This document shows, piece after piece, positions 1 to 7,802 of a DNA stretch of 24,000 bases. This DNA is from Acetobacterium bakii (GTDB taxonomy: Bacteria > Bacillota > Clostridia > Eubacteriales > Eubacteriaceae): positions 6,340 through 30,339 of the forward strand of contig NZ_LGYO01000001.1 of NCBI RefSeq assembly GCF_001263355.1, given 5' to 3'. Position 1 is the first letter of the stretch; every line of letters begins with the position of its first letter. The notes under the pieces were generated by a model that was not told the origin of the DNA, made no database searches, and was given only the letters and a program-made list of their open reading frames with translations. The position numbers and the translations under genes are program-made.

Positions 1-147
1 AAAACAATTTTTCCACTCTACGGCGGACACTCTGCGAGATGTTCGCCTCGACGTTACAAAATTGATTATATAAACCCACAGTGAAGCACTTCAGGCTTGT
101 TTATTATTTGCAATTGCTAATCATTTTATGATAAAAAAGGAGAAATA

Positions 148-1491
148 ATGTTACATAAATATCAGCTTAACGGACTTAATATAGTTTTGGATGTGGACAC
201 CAGCACGGTGCTGACGGTTGATGATTTGACCTATGGGCTGTTGGATATCTGTGAAAATAAATCGAGTGAGGAAATTCTTGTGCGGTTTGGAGGGGAATAT
301 CCCGCCGCTGACATTTTGGAAAGCCTGGAAGAGATTAAAGTGCTTAAAGCCCGGGGACTATTGTTCACCGAGGTGAAATATGTGCGGGAAAACTATGCCA
401 ATGAGGATCTAATCAAGGCTATCTGCCTCCATGTTGCCCATGACTGCAATCTCAAATGTGAGTATTGTTTTGCGGCCCAGGGGGATTTTGACGGTGAAAA
501 GCTGTTGATGCCTTTGGAAATCGGAAAAAAAGCCATTGATTTTATTATTGAACAATCAAAAAATCGCAAGAACCTGGAGCTGGATTTTTTTGGCGGTGAG
601 CCGCTGATGAATCTGGATGTGGTTAAAGCACTGGTGACTTACGGAAATGAAGCTGCCGCGAAAAACAACAAGATTTTTAAGTTCACCATGACCACCAACG
701 GTGTTTTGCTGAATCCGGAAACCATGGAGTATCTCAATGAAACTATGGATAATATTGTGCTGAGCCTGGATGGTCGTAAAGAAGTCAATGATAAAATGCG
801 AAAAACCGTCAATGACAAGGGTTCCTATGATGTGATCATCGACAATATTAAAAAAATGGCCACCATGCGCGGGGATAAGGATCATTATATCCGGGGGACT
901 TATACCAGCAATAATCTTGACTTTGCCAAAGATGTTCAGTTTTTAGCAGAGGAAGGGTTTAAGAGTATTTCGGTTGAGCCGGTGGTTGCGGATGCATCCA
1001 TGGATTACGCCCTTACGGAAGCGGACCTTCCGATTATTTTAAAAGAGTATGACGATTTAGCGTTAACCTATTTAAAACGTCATGAAGAGGGTCTTGATTA
1101 CAATTTTTTTCACTTCAATGTGGATCTGGATCACGGCCCCTGTGTTTACAAACGACTTTCCGGCTGCGGTGCGGGAAAAGATTACGTGGCGGTGACTCCG
1201 GAAGGTGATATTTATCCCTGCCACCAATTTGTCGGCAAAGAGGAATTCAAAATGGGCGATGTGTTCCATGGCATTACCAACGGCAATATCAAAAAAATCT
1301 TTGATGCGGGAAATCTGCTTGAAAAAGAAAAATGCCAGGAATGCTGGGCAAAATATTTCTGTGGCGGCGGCTGTCATGCCAATGCCTTTAACTTCAACGG
1401 AACGATTATGGAACCCCATCATGTCAGCTGTGAAATTGAGCGGCGACGGGTGGAAAATGCCATTATGATCTCCATCATGGAAGAAAACTAA
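148..1491 (+). CDS. Radical SAM / SPASM-domain peptide-modifying maturase (anaerobic sulfatase maturase superfamily; resembles SCIFF-type thioether maturases)
   Basis: 447-aa ORF with SD 'aaggag' a few nt upstream of the ATG. The radical-SAM CX3CX2C motif 'CNLKCEYC' lies ~100 aa from the N-terminus, so a ~90-aa N-terminal extension precedes it, as in maturases carrying a RiPP recognition element. C-terminal Cys-rich SPASM-like region 'CGAGKDY...YPCHQF...CQECWAKYFCGGGCHANA'. The N-terminus 'MLHKYQLNGLNIVLDV' resembles my memory of SCIFF maturases (not verifiable here). Confidence 0.8.
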   Translation: MLHKYQLNGLNIVLDVDTSTVLTVDDLTYGLLDICENKSSEEILVRFGGEYPAADILESLEEIKVLKARGLLFTEVKYVRENYANEDLIKAICLHVAHDCNLKCEYCFAAQGDFDGEKLLMPLEIGKKAIDFIIEQSKNRKNLELDFFGGEPLMNLDVVKALVTYGNEAAAKNNKIFKFTMTTNGVLLNPETMEYLNETMDNIVLSLDGRKEVNDKMRKTVNDKGSYDVIIDNIKKMATMRGDKDHYIRGTYTSNNLDFAKDVQFLAEEGFKSISVEPVVADASMDYALTEADLPIILKEYDDLALTYLKRHEEGLDYNFFHFNVDLDHGPCVYKRLSGCGAGKDYVAVTPEGDIYPCHQFVGKEEFKMGDVFHGITNGNIKKIFDAGNLLEKEKCQECWAKYFCGGGCHANAFNFNGTIMEPHHVSCEIERRRVENAIMISIMEEN

Positions 1492-1538
1492 AAGATAATC
1501 AAAACAATTGGCAAAGCAATCATCCACAAGAGATTGTT

Positions 1539-1567
1539 TTGACAATTGTTGCAATTTATGGTACATT
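1539..1567 (+). promoter_or_regulatory. Putative sigma-A promoter for rho (TTGACA, 17 nt, TACATT, with TG upstream of the -10)
   Basis: ttgaca at 1539-1544, 17-nt spacer, tacatt at 1562-1567. It sits ~120 nt upstream of the rho start. The -35 overlaps the right arm of a perfect 10-bp inverted repeat (1499-1508 / 1533-1542). Confidence 0.5.
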
Positions 1568-1686
1568 AAGACATAATATTTTCTGAAATATTCATCATTA
1601 TTCAATCTACTTTATTTTCACATTCTGTTTTAGACATCTTTAATCTAAATTCAAATAAGAATAAAAAATATCCACGGAGGCAGGAA

Positions 1687-3372
1687 TTGGACAAAAAATC
1701 ATTGGAGAATTCAACCGTTGTTGAATTGCGTAAACAAGCGGAAACACTGGGAATTGAAAAAATCAGTCGTTTAAAAAAAGAGGAACTGATCGAAGCTATT
1801 GAAGAAAAACAAAAGGTCGAAAGCCCGGAAAGTGCTAAGCCTCTTGAAGCAAAATCCCTGGAACGAAAAACGGTTTCAGCCACTCATCAGCAGACGGGAT
1901 CTGGCGGCGGCGAAAACGGACGGTCACCCTATTATAAAATTAAAGATTCTATGGAGAATGTGGTGGTTGTGGAAGGAATTCTGGAAGTGCTTCCCGGAGG
2001 ATTTGGCTTTGTAAAAAACAAAGATATGAATTCCACTGAGGAGTTTGTCTATATTTCAGGTTCTCAAATTCAAAAATTCAAATTGGAAACCGGCGATGTG
2101 CTCAGCGGCAAGGTACGGCCACCTAAAACAGGGGAAAAATATTCGGCCATGCTTTTTCTGGAAAAGGTCAACGGCACCAAAACAGCGGATATTATCCAAA
2201 AAATCAACAGCATGCTCTATGTGGATGATAAAAAGGATCTGGAACGCTTTAAAACCTCCCAGGAAGGTATTCTGGATGTAAATCCTGATGGCTTTGGGTT
2301 TTTGCGAACGAATCATTATCTGTCCGGGGACAATGATATTTATGTGGCAGCTAACCAGATCCGCCGGTTTAATCTGCGGACCGGCGATAAAATCGTAGGC
2401 AAGATCAAACTATCCAGCGAAAGCGAAAAGTTTGATGCGCTGCTTTATGTTGAAACTGTGAATGGGGATATTCCGGAAAAAATAGCCAATCGTCCGAAAT
2501 TCGAACGGTTGACACCTATTTTCCCGGTGGAACGAATTACTCTGGAAACCAGTCGGGACGTAATTTCGACCCGGATGATCGATATCTTCTCGCCGGTGGG
2601 AAAAGGCCAGCGGGGTATGATTGTGGCTCCGCCAAAAGCCGGGAAGACTATTCTGCTGAAGGAAATTGCCACCGGGATTACCGAGAATCATCCGGAAATT
2701 GAATTGATCATCCTGCTGGTAGACGAACGTCCGGAAGAAGTTACGGATATGAAACGTTCCATTGATGCAGATATTGTTTATTCCACCTTTGATCAGCCAC
2801 CTGAAAATCATATTAAGGTGGCGGAAATTGTGCTTGAGCGCGGCAAACGCCTGGTAGAACAGGGGAAGGATGTGGTGATTCTGGTGGATAGTCTCACCCG
2901 TCTTACCCGGGGCAACAACCTGGTGGTGGCGCCGTCAGGGCGGACACTGTCCGGCGGCCTTGATCCCGAAGCCCTTTATTTCCCCAAGAAATTTTTTGGT
3001 TCAGCCCGAAAAATTGAAGAAGGTGGCAGTCTGACTATTTTAGCAACGGCGCTGGTTGATACCGGAAGCCGCATGGATGATATGATTTTTGAAGAATTCA
3101 AGGGTACCGGCAACATGGAACTGCATCTCGAACGTGAACTGGCCGAACGGCGGATTTATCCTGCCATTAATCTTAACCGTTCAGGAACACGTCGGGAGGA
3201 GATGCTGCTCACACCTCAGGAATTAAAGGTGAGTTTCGATATCCGTAAGTTGTACAAGGGAACTACGGTTTCAGATCTCACCGATAAGATTATCTCGATT
3301 CTGGAACGGACAAAAGACAACAAGGAATTTTTGAAAAAATTTATTGATAAATATAATGCACAAAATATTTGA
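1687..3372 (+). CDS. rho: Transcription termination factor Rho, long form with a duplicated N-terminal RNA-binding domain
   Basis: 561-aa ORF with a TTG start preceded by 'ggagg' (1676-1680). Rho_N-like helix '[30 protein letters not shown]'. Two CSD-like segments containing 'GFGF' and '[10 protein letters not shown]' / '[10 protein letters not shown]'. Walker A 'APPKAGKT', '[10 protein letters not shown]', '[12 protein letters not shown]', and '[28 protein letters not shown]' typical of Rho. Confidence 0.95.
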   Translation: MDKKSLENSTVVELRKQAETLGIEKISRLKKEELIEAIEEKQKVESPESAKPLEAKSLERKTVSATHQQTGSGGGENGRSPYYKIKDSMENVVVVEGILEVLPGGFGFVKNKDMNSTEEFVYISGSQIQKFKLETGDVLSGKVRPPKTGEKYSAMLFLEKVNGTKTADIIQKINSMLYVDDKKDLERFKTSQEGILDVNPDGFGFLRTNHYLSGDNDIYVAANQIRRFNLRTGDKIVGKIKLSSESEKFDALLYVETVNGDIPEKIANRPKFERLTPIFPVERITLETSRDVISTRMIDIFSPVGKGQRGMIVAPPKAGKTILLKEIATGITENHPEIELIILLVDERPEEVTDMKRSIDADIVYSTFDQPPENHIKVAEIVLERGKRLVEQGKDVVILVDSLTRLTRGNNLVVAPSGRTLSGGLDPEALYFPKKFFGSARKIEEGGSLTILATALVDTGSRMDDMIFEEFKGTGNMELHLERELAERRIYPAINLNRSGTRREEMLLTPQELKVSFDIRKLYKGTTVSDLTDKIISILERTKDNKEFLKKFIDKYNAQNI

Positions 3373-3455
3373 TCTTTTAAGAAATCTTTGATATAATAGC
3401 TCAGTTGATAAAATAACAAAGCCCTATAAAATAAAGAAGAAGCGAGGTGAATTCG

Positions 3456-3668
3456 ATGAAAGAAGGCATTCATCCTAATTACAAAAAATCAATAGTTAAA
3501 TGTGCATGTGGAAATACTTTTGAAACTGGTTCAGTTAAACCTGAATTAAAAGTAGAAATTTGTTCCGCCTGTCATCCATTTTTTACAGGAAAACAAAAAC
3601 TTATTGATACCGGTGGTCGTGTTGATCGATTTAACAAAAGATTCAATAAAAGCGATTCAGAAGAATAA
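3456..3668 (+). CDS. rpmE: 50S ribosomal protein L31, Zn-binding type A
   Basis: '[11 protein letters not shown]...CACGNTF...[26 protein letters not shown]' is a classic L31 sequence with both CxxC pairs. I chose the ATG at 3456 (SD 'gaggtga' at 3444-3450) over the upstream GTG at 3447 used by the ORF track. Confidence 0.95.
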   Translation: MKEGIHPNYKKSIVKCACGNTFETGSVKPELKVEICSACHPFFTGKQKLIDTGGRVDRFNKRFNKSDSEE

Positions 3669-3675
3669 CAAAAAA

Positions 3676-3701
3676 AGTCGGTTCTTGCAACCGGCTTTTT
3701 T
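3676..3701 (+). terminator. Rho-independent terminator after rpmE
   Basis: Stem agtcggtt (3676-3683) pairs with aaccggct (3689-3696), 8 bp including one G-U. Loop is 5 nt, followed by a T-run (cttttttc). Confidence 0.8.
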
Positions 3702-3866
3702 CTTGCGCGAAAGCAACGAGCCCGGTGAGTGCAGACACTTATTTGGCTATCCCTCGGGAAGTAGTCAGAAAGTTGAATCGCAGTTTGATGCTTTAAATTT
3801 GGGGAAATAATTGTTTCAACAAACAATTAGGATATAAAATAAACTATTAAATATCGGGGTAAACCT

Positions 3867-4730
3867 ATGGATGTAAAGGAAATTTTAGATTTTGGGACAA
3901 CTATTCTGAAAAAGGCTGGCGTTGAAAATCCCAGACTGGAAGCGGAAATACTGCTAAGTTATATTTTGGATTGCGATCGCGTTTATTTTTATGCGCATCC
4001 CCAGGAAAAGGTGGATCAGCTTCAAAAAGAGGCCTATTTAAAGGGGCTTGTACGACGGTGTGAAAATGAACCGATGGCATATATTTTCGGTAAAAAGGAA
4101 TTTATGGGAATGAGCTTTGAAGTGAGTCCTGATGTTCTCATTCCCCGGCCGGATACCGAGCCCATGGTGGAATATCTGATTCAACGGCTGACGAATGATT
4201 ACCCAAAGGGTGCCAAGATCTTTGATCTCTGTACCGGCAGTGGGGCCATTGGCATCGCTCTGAAAAAATTTTATCCCCAGGGTGAGATTGCCCTGGGGGA
4301 TATTTCAACAGAAGCGCTAAGGGTTGCCGGGGCTAATGCAAAGCAACTGGTTAAAGGGGCGGTCACCCTTTATCAGGGAGATTTATTTGCGGCACTGCCA
4401 AAGGATGAAAAATTCGATGTCATTGTGTCAAATCCTCCTTATATAAAAAGGATGGATATGCAGGCTCTGGCACCGGATATTTTAAACTATGAGCCCCATT
4501 TAGCACTGGATGGCGGTAGTTCGGGACTGGATTTTTACGAGCGGATCATTGCTGAAGCCAGGGATTATCTCAAAACGCCAGGGATTTTAGCCCTGGAAAT
4601 CGGGGATGACCAGGAAGTGTCGGTTATTGATCTGCTGGTAAAACATGGCTATGCCAATATCGAAAAGCATTATGATCTTGGCAGTCATGTACGATGTCTT
4701 GTTGGAGAACATATAGAAAAGAAATCATAA
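3867..4730 (+). CDS. prmC: Peptide chain release factor N5-glutamine methyltransferase (HemK/PrmC)
   Basis: 287 aa. SAM-binding 'DLCTGSGAIGIAL' and the catalytic 'NPPY' motif ('VSNPPYI'). 'EPMAYIFGKKEFMGMSFEVSPDVLIPRPDTE' is typical of PrmC. No prfA is adjacent. Confidence 0.9.
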   Translation: MDVKEILDFGTTILKKAGVENPRLEAEILLSYILDCDRVYFYAHPQEKVDQLQKEAYLKGLVRRCENEPMAYIFGKKEFMGMSFEVSPDVLIPRPDTEPMVEYLIQRLTNDYPKGAKIFDLCTGSGAIGIALKKFYPQGEIALGDISTEALRVAGANAKQLVKGAVTLYQGDLFAALPKDEKFDVIVSNPPYIKRMDMQALAPDILNYEPHLALDGGSSGLDFYERIIAEARDYLKTPGILALEIGDDQEVSVIDLLVKHGYANIEKHYDLGSHVRCLVGEHIEKKS

Positions 4731-4823
4731 TTCATAAATACTGATGACGCATAAAGAAAATTGTGATAAAATAGAAAAATAAATATTTATAGATAGAAAA
4801 CAAACCCATAGCGGAGGTATAAT

Positions 4824-5381
4824 ATGGTATCAGCAGGTGATTTCAAAAAAGGTGTAACCTTTGAAATGGATGGCAATGTATTTAGCATTATCGAATTTCA
4901 ACATGTTAAGCCAGGAAAAGGCGCAGCCTTTGTACGTACCAAGATTAGAAATGTAAGATCGGGAGCTGTGGTTGAAAAAACATTCAACCCTACAGAAAGA
5001 TATCCCAAAGCCCAGGTTGAAACCAGAGAAATGCAATATCTCTATGAAGATGGCGGTCTGTACTATTTTATGGATGGGGAAACCTTTGAGCAAATACCTT
5101 TAAATTTCGAACAGGTTGAAGAAGCATTGAAATATTTGAAAGAAAATGATAATGCCACCGTTCGTTCATTAAAAGGCATTGCATTTTCAGTGGTTGCACC
5201 AAATTTTGTTGAATTGGAAATTGTTAAAACAGATCCAGGATTTAAAGGCGATACCGCTACCGGCGCCAATAAACCTGCAACTGTGGAAACAGGTGCTGTC
5301 ATTACTGTTCCTCTCTTTGTTGAACAGGGTGATGTCATTAGAATTGACACACGTACCGGAGAGTACATGGAAAGGGTATAA
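4824..5381 (+). CDS. efp: Elongation factor P
   Basis: 185 aa. '[41 protein letters not shown]' includes the conserved modified-Lys loop 'KPGKG'. SD 'ggaggt' lies upstream. Confidence 0.97.
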   Translation: MVSAGDFKKGVTFEMDGNVFSIIEFQHVKPGKGAAFVRTKIRNVRSGAVVEKTFNPTERYPKAQVETREMQYLYEDGGLYYFMDGETFEQIPLNFEQVEEALKYLKENDNATVRSLKGIAFSVVAPNFVELEIVKTDPGFKGDTATGANKPATVETGAVITVPLFVEQGDVIRIDTRTGEYMERV

Positions 5382-5383
5382 AA

Positions 5384-5824
5384 ATGAAATATATTAATGA
5401 AAAAGTATTTTACACCAAGGGGCTTATGGATGGTTTGGATTTGGACAAAGGTTCAAATGAAGGCAAGATTTTAGTCCAGGTATTGGATATCCTTGAAGAC
5501 ATTGTAGATGCCTTAGATGGCTTAACCGAAGCTCAGGAAGAACTGGAAGCCTATGTTGAAATGGTTGATGACGATCTGACTGATTTAGAAGAATTCATTC
5601 TCGATGAAGACGGTCTTTTAGAAGACGATGATGAAGAATTTGAATTCGACGATGAAGATTTTTACGAAGTTGTCTGCCCGGAATGTGGGAATGTCTATAT
5701 TACTGAGTTTGATGCTTTTGAAAAGAATGCTGTTATCTGTCCTGAATGTGGGGAACCGTTTCGTCTGGAAGAAGAAATCTCCTGCTGTGGCGAAGACGGT
5801 TGTGACTGCCATCAGGAAGTATAA
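5384..5824 (+). CDS. Highly acidic protein with a C-terminal double CPECG zinc ribbon (conserved hypothetical; function unknown)
   Basis: 146-aa ORF starting 2 nt after the efp stop. It has a long D/E-rich central tract, then 'CPECGNVYI' and 'CPECGEPF', then 'CCGEDGCDCH'. I recall similar efp-adjacent proteins in Clostridia, but their function is unknown. Confidence 0.65.
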   Translation: MKYINEKVFYTKGLMDGLDLDKGSNEGKILVQVLDILEDIVDALDGLTEAQEELEAYVEMVDDDLTDLEEFILDEDGLLEDDDEEFEFDDEDFYEVVCPECGNVYITEFDAFEKNAVICPECGEPFRLEEEISCCGEDGCDCHQEV

Positions 5825-5843
5825 TGATTTATGGTAGAATAAA

Positions 5844-6188
5844 ATGAAAAAAGAAACCAGAAACAGCCAGTATCCGGAGATTTCGGATGAAATGGTCTAC
5901 TCTATTGTTAGCTTAGCGGCAACAGGAGTTGATGGTGTTGAACGGATGTCATTGAGAATAACCGATGAGATCATCGAGAAATTTTCGATAACGCCCACTG
6001 TAAAGGGCGTAAAGATCAGCCATGAGCCCGAAGGGCTTTTGGTTGGGGTTTACTTAATTACCGCAGCCGGAGTTGATATTGTCAAAGTTTCTAAAGAAGT
6101 CCAGGCAAAAATCAAAGAATCGGTTGAATCCATGACAGGCCTGGAAATTGCCGCGGTTAATGTAAGAATCGAAGGTTCAGGTATTTAA
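5844..6188 (+). CDS. Asp23/Gls24 family envelope/alkaline-shock protein
   Basis: 114 aa. 'ISDEMVYSIVSLAATGVDGV...VKGVKI....V.VYLITAAGVDIVKVSKEVQAKIKESVESMTGLEIAAVNVRIEG' matches the Asp23 family pattern. The asp23-nusB order is common in Firmicutes. Confidence 0.85.
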   Translation: MKKETRNSQYPEISDEMVYSIVSLAATGVDGVERMSLRITDEIIEKFSITPTVKGVKISHEPEGLLVGVYLITAAGVDIVKVSKEVQAKIKESVESMTGLEIAAVNVRIEGSGI

Positions 6189-6215
6189 GGACTCTTTCAA
6201 AAAAATTACAGGACA

Positions 6216-6346
6216 GGGGCTGTTGCAAAATAAAAAAGAACCGCATGATGGTTTTTTTGAATCTAGCTAAGCACCCGTTTATGCAAGGCTTTCATGAATG
6301 TCTTGCATACGGATGCTTAATCAGAGTTTTGTAACAGTCTCTTTTT
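6216..6346 (+). other. Nested inverted-repeat RNA structure (outer 15-bp stem enclosing two hairpins) followed by a U-run; complex terminator or unclassified structured RNA
   Basis: Hand-paired. Outer stem 6216-6230 with 6327-6341 (15 bp, 3 G-U). Inner hairpin A 6234-6242 / 6250-6258 (A/U-rich). Inner hairpin B 6268-6287 / 6302-6319 (~17 bp with a 2-nt bulge and one mismatch, 14-nt loop). 'ttttt' at 6342-6346. Confidence 0.4.
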
Positions 6347-6415
6347 GAAGTTTTGAATAAAGACATTTTTTCTAATTAACTTCATGAAATATACACGAAA
6401 AAAGAAGGAGAACGC

Positions 6416-6832
6416 ATGAGTCGAAAAAAAGAAAGGGAAAGTGCCCTGAAGGGTGTGTTCCAATTAGACTTTCATAATGAATCCGGGGATTTTAAAGAAA
6501 GCGTTGCTTATTTTTTAGAAGATAGTGAACTGGATCTTGGTTACGGGAAAACCTTGATTGAAACCACTGAGGAACATCTTTCAGAAATTGATGACATTTT
6601 AAATGATTACTTAAAGAGTACCTGGAAAATTGATCGCATCCCCAAGATAGAAAAATCAATCCTGCGGCTGGCCATCTGTGAGCTTATGTTTATGGAAGAA
6701 AAGACCCCATTTGAGGTTGTCATCAATGAAGCCATTGAGCTTACCAAATTGTATGGGGATGAGGATGGTAAAAATTACGTCAATGGTATTCTAAATAAGA
6801 TTGTCAAGGATGGACTCAATGAGTGCCCTTAG
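6416..6832 (+). CDS. nusB: Transcription antitermination factor NusB
   Basis: 138 aa, SD 'aaggag' upstream. 'RKKERESALKGVFQLDF...W.IDRIPKIEKSILRLAICELMF...PFEVVINEAIELTKLYGDEDGKNYVNGILNKI' is the typical NusB pattern. Confidence 0.93.
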   Translation: MSRKKERESALKGVFQLDFHNESGDFKESVAYFLEDSELDLGYGKTLIETTEEHLSEIDDILNDYLKSTWKIDRIPKIEKSILRLAICELMFMEEKTPFEVVINEAIELTKLYGDEDGKNYVNGILNKIVKDGLNECP

Positions 6833-7802
6833 TCTGGGAATTGATACCAGTAATTACACCACTTCGGTTGCCCTGGTGGATCAAAACGAAACAGTTATTT
6901 ATAACCAGGGTATCCTATTGGAAGTGAAGTCCGGAGAAAGAGGGCTTCGCCAATCGGATGCTCTTTTTCAGCATGTCAATAATTTGCCCCTTCTTTTAAA
7001 AGACCTGCCCCGAGGCCGGGAAATTGAAGTTGTATGTTTTTCGGACCGACCACGGCCATTACCTGATTCTTATATGCCTGTTTTCCGAGCCGGGAAATCC
7101 CTTGGCCAATCTCTGGCCGGCGTTTTAGATGCCGATTTAGTGACGGTCAGCCACCAGGAAAATCATCTTCGGGCCGCCATTTTCGGAAGTGGTTCGCCAG
7201 TCCTTAAGGATCCTTTTTGTGCGGTTCATTTCTCCGGGGGAACTTCTGAAATCCTTTTGGCAACTAGGGAAGGCATCGGTTTTCGCTGCGAAATCATGGC
7301 CAAAACACTGGATCTCAACGCCGGTCAACTCATTGATCGGATCGGGGTCCTGCTGGGATGTGCTTTTCCCGCCGGGAAGGCATTGGAAGTGCTGGCGCAA
7401 AAAGCCATCGATCATGATCAGGGGAAACACTGTATTATTCCATCGACAATGGATGGTATGAATTTCCATTTTTCCGGTCAGGAAAACCAGGCCAAAGAGT
7501 ATTTAAATAAAGGGGTGGATCCCAGCGAGGTGGCCTACAGTCTGCTCAAGGCCATTGCTAAAACCCTGTCAAAATCCATCTCCCGCTGCAGAGAAACCCA
7601 ATCCTTTCAGTCTGTTTTATTTTCCGGAGGAGTGATGTCGAATCAGATTATAAAAAGCATTCTCCTCAAGGAACTGGGAAGATCCGGATTAGCCCTTCAT
7701 TTTTCACCAGGTATTTATGCCCGGGATAATGCCCTGGGCAATGCCTTGCTGGGAATGGATCATTATAAAATTACAGGAGGCAGTCTCCATGAAAAATCCT
7801 AG
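6819..7802 (+). CDS. Kae1/TsaD-like (glycoprotease/M22, ASKHA-fold) family protein, paralog type
   Basis: 'LSLGIDTSNYTTSVALV' N-terminal ASKHA phosphate-1 motif. 'VSHQENHL' aligns with the TsaD 'VxHxxxHL' metal-binding motif. 'FSGGVMSN' lies near the C-terminus. The start is uncertain: the ORF opens at TTG 6801, with ATGs at 6810 and 6819. I chose 6819 because 'aagga' lies ~8 nt upstream. The gene overlaps the nusB 3' end. Confidence 0.7.
   Translation: MSALSLGIDTSNYTTSVALVDQNETVIYNQGILLEVKSGERGLRQSDALFQHVNNLPLLLKDLPRGREIEVVCFSDRPRPLPDSYMPVFRAGKSLGQSLAGVLDADLVTVSHQENHLRAAIFGSGSPVLKDPFCAVHFSGGTSEILLATREGIGFRCEIMAKTLDLNAGQLIDRIGVLLGCAFPAGKALEVLAQKAIDHDQGKHCIIPSTMDGMNFHFSGQENQAKEYLNKGVDPSEVAYSLLKAIAKTLSKSISRCRETQSFQSVLFSGGVMSNQIIKSILLKELGRSGLALHFSPGIYARDNALGNALLGMDHYKITGGSLHEKS

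Noticed and set aside
1-147. Possible SCIFF-type Cys-rich precursor peptide upstream of the radical SAM maturase
   Set aside because: All three forward frames were translated by hand. None contains the multi-cysteine core, with at most one Cys per frame. The precursor, if any, is outside the window. The partial ORF ending at 71-73 is too short to identify.
7717-7788. N-terminal 24-codon extension of the xseA ORF ('MPGIMPWAMPCWEW...')
   Set aside because: It overlaps the 3' end of the TsaD-like gene. The internal ATG at 7789 has a strong 'aggagg' SD and begins the conserved XseA N-terminus, so the extension is unlikely to be translated.
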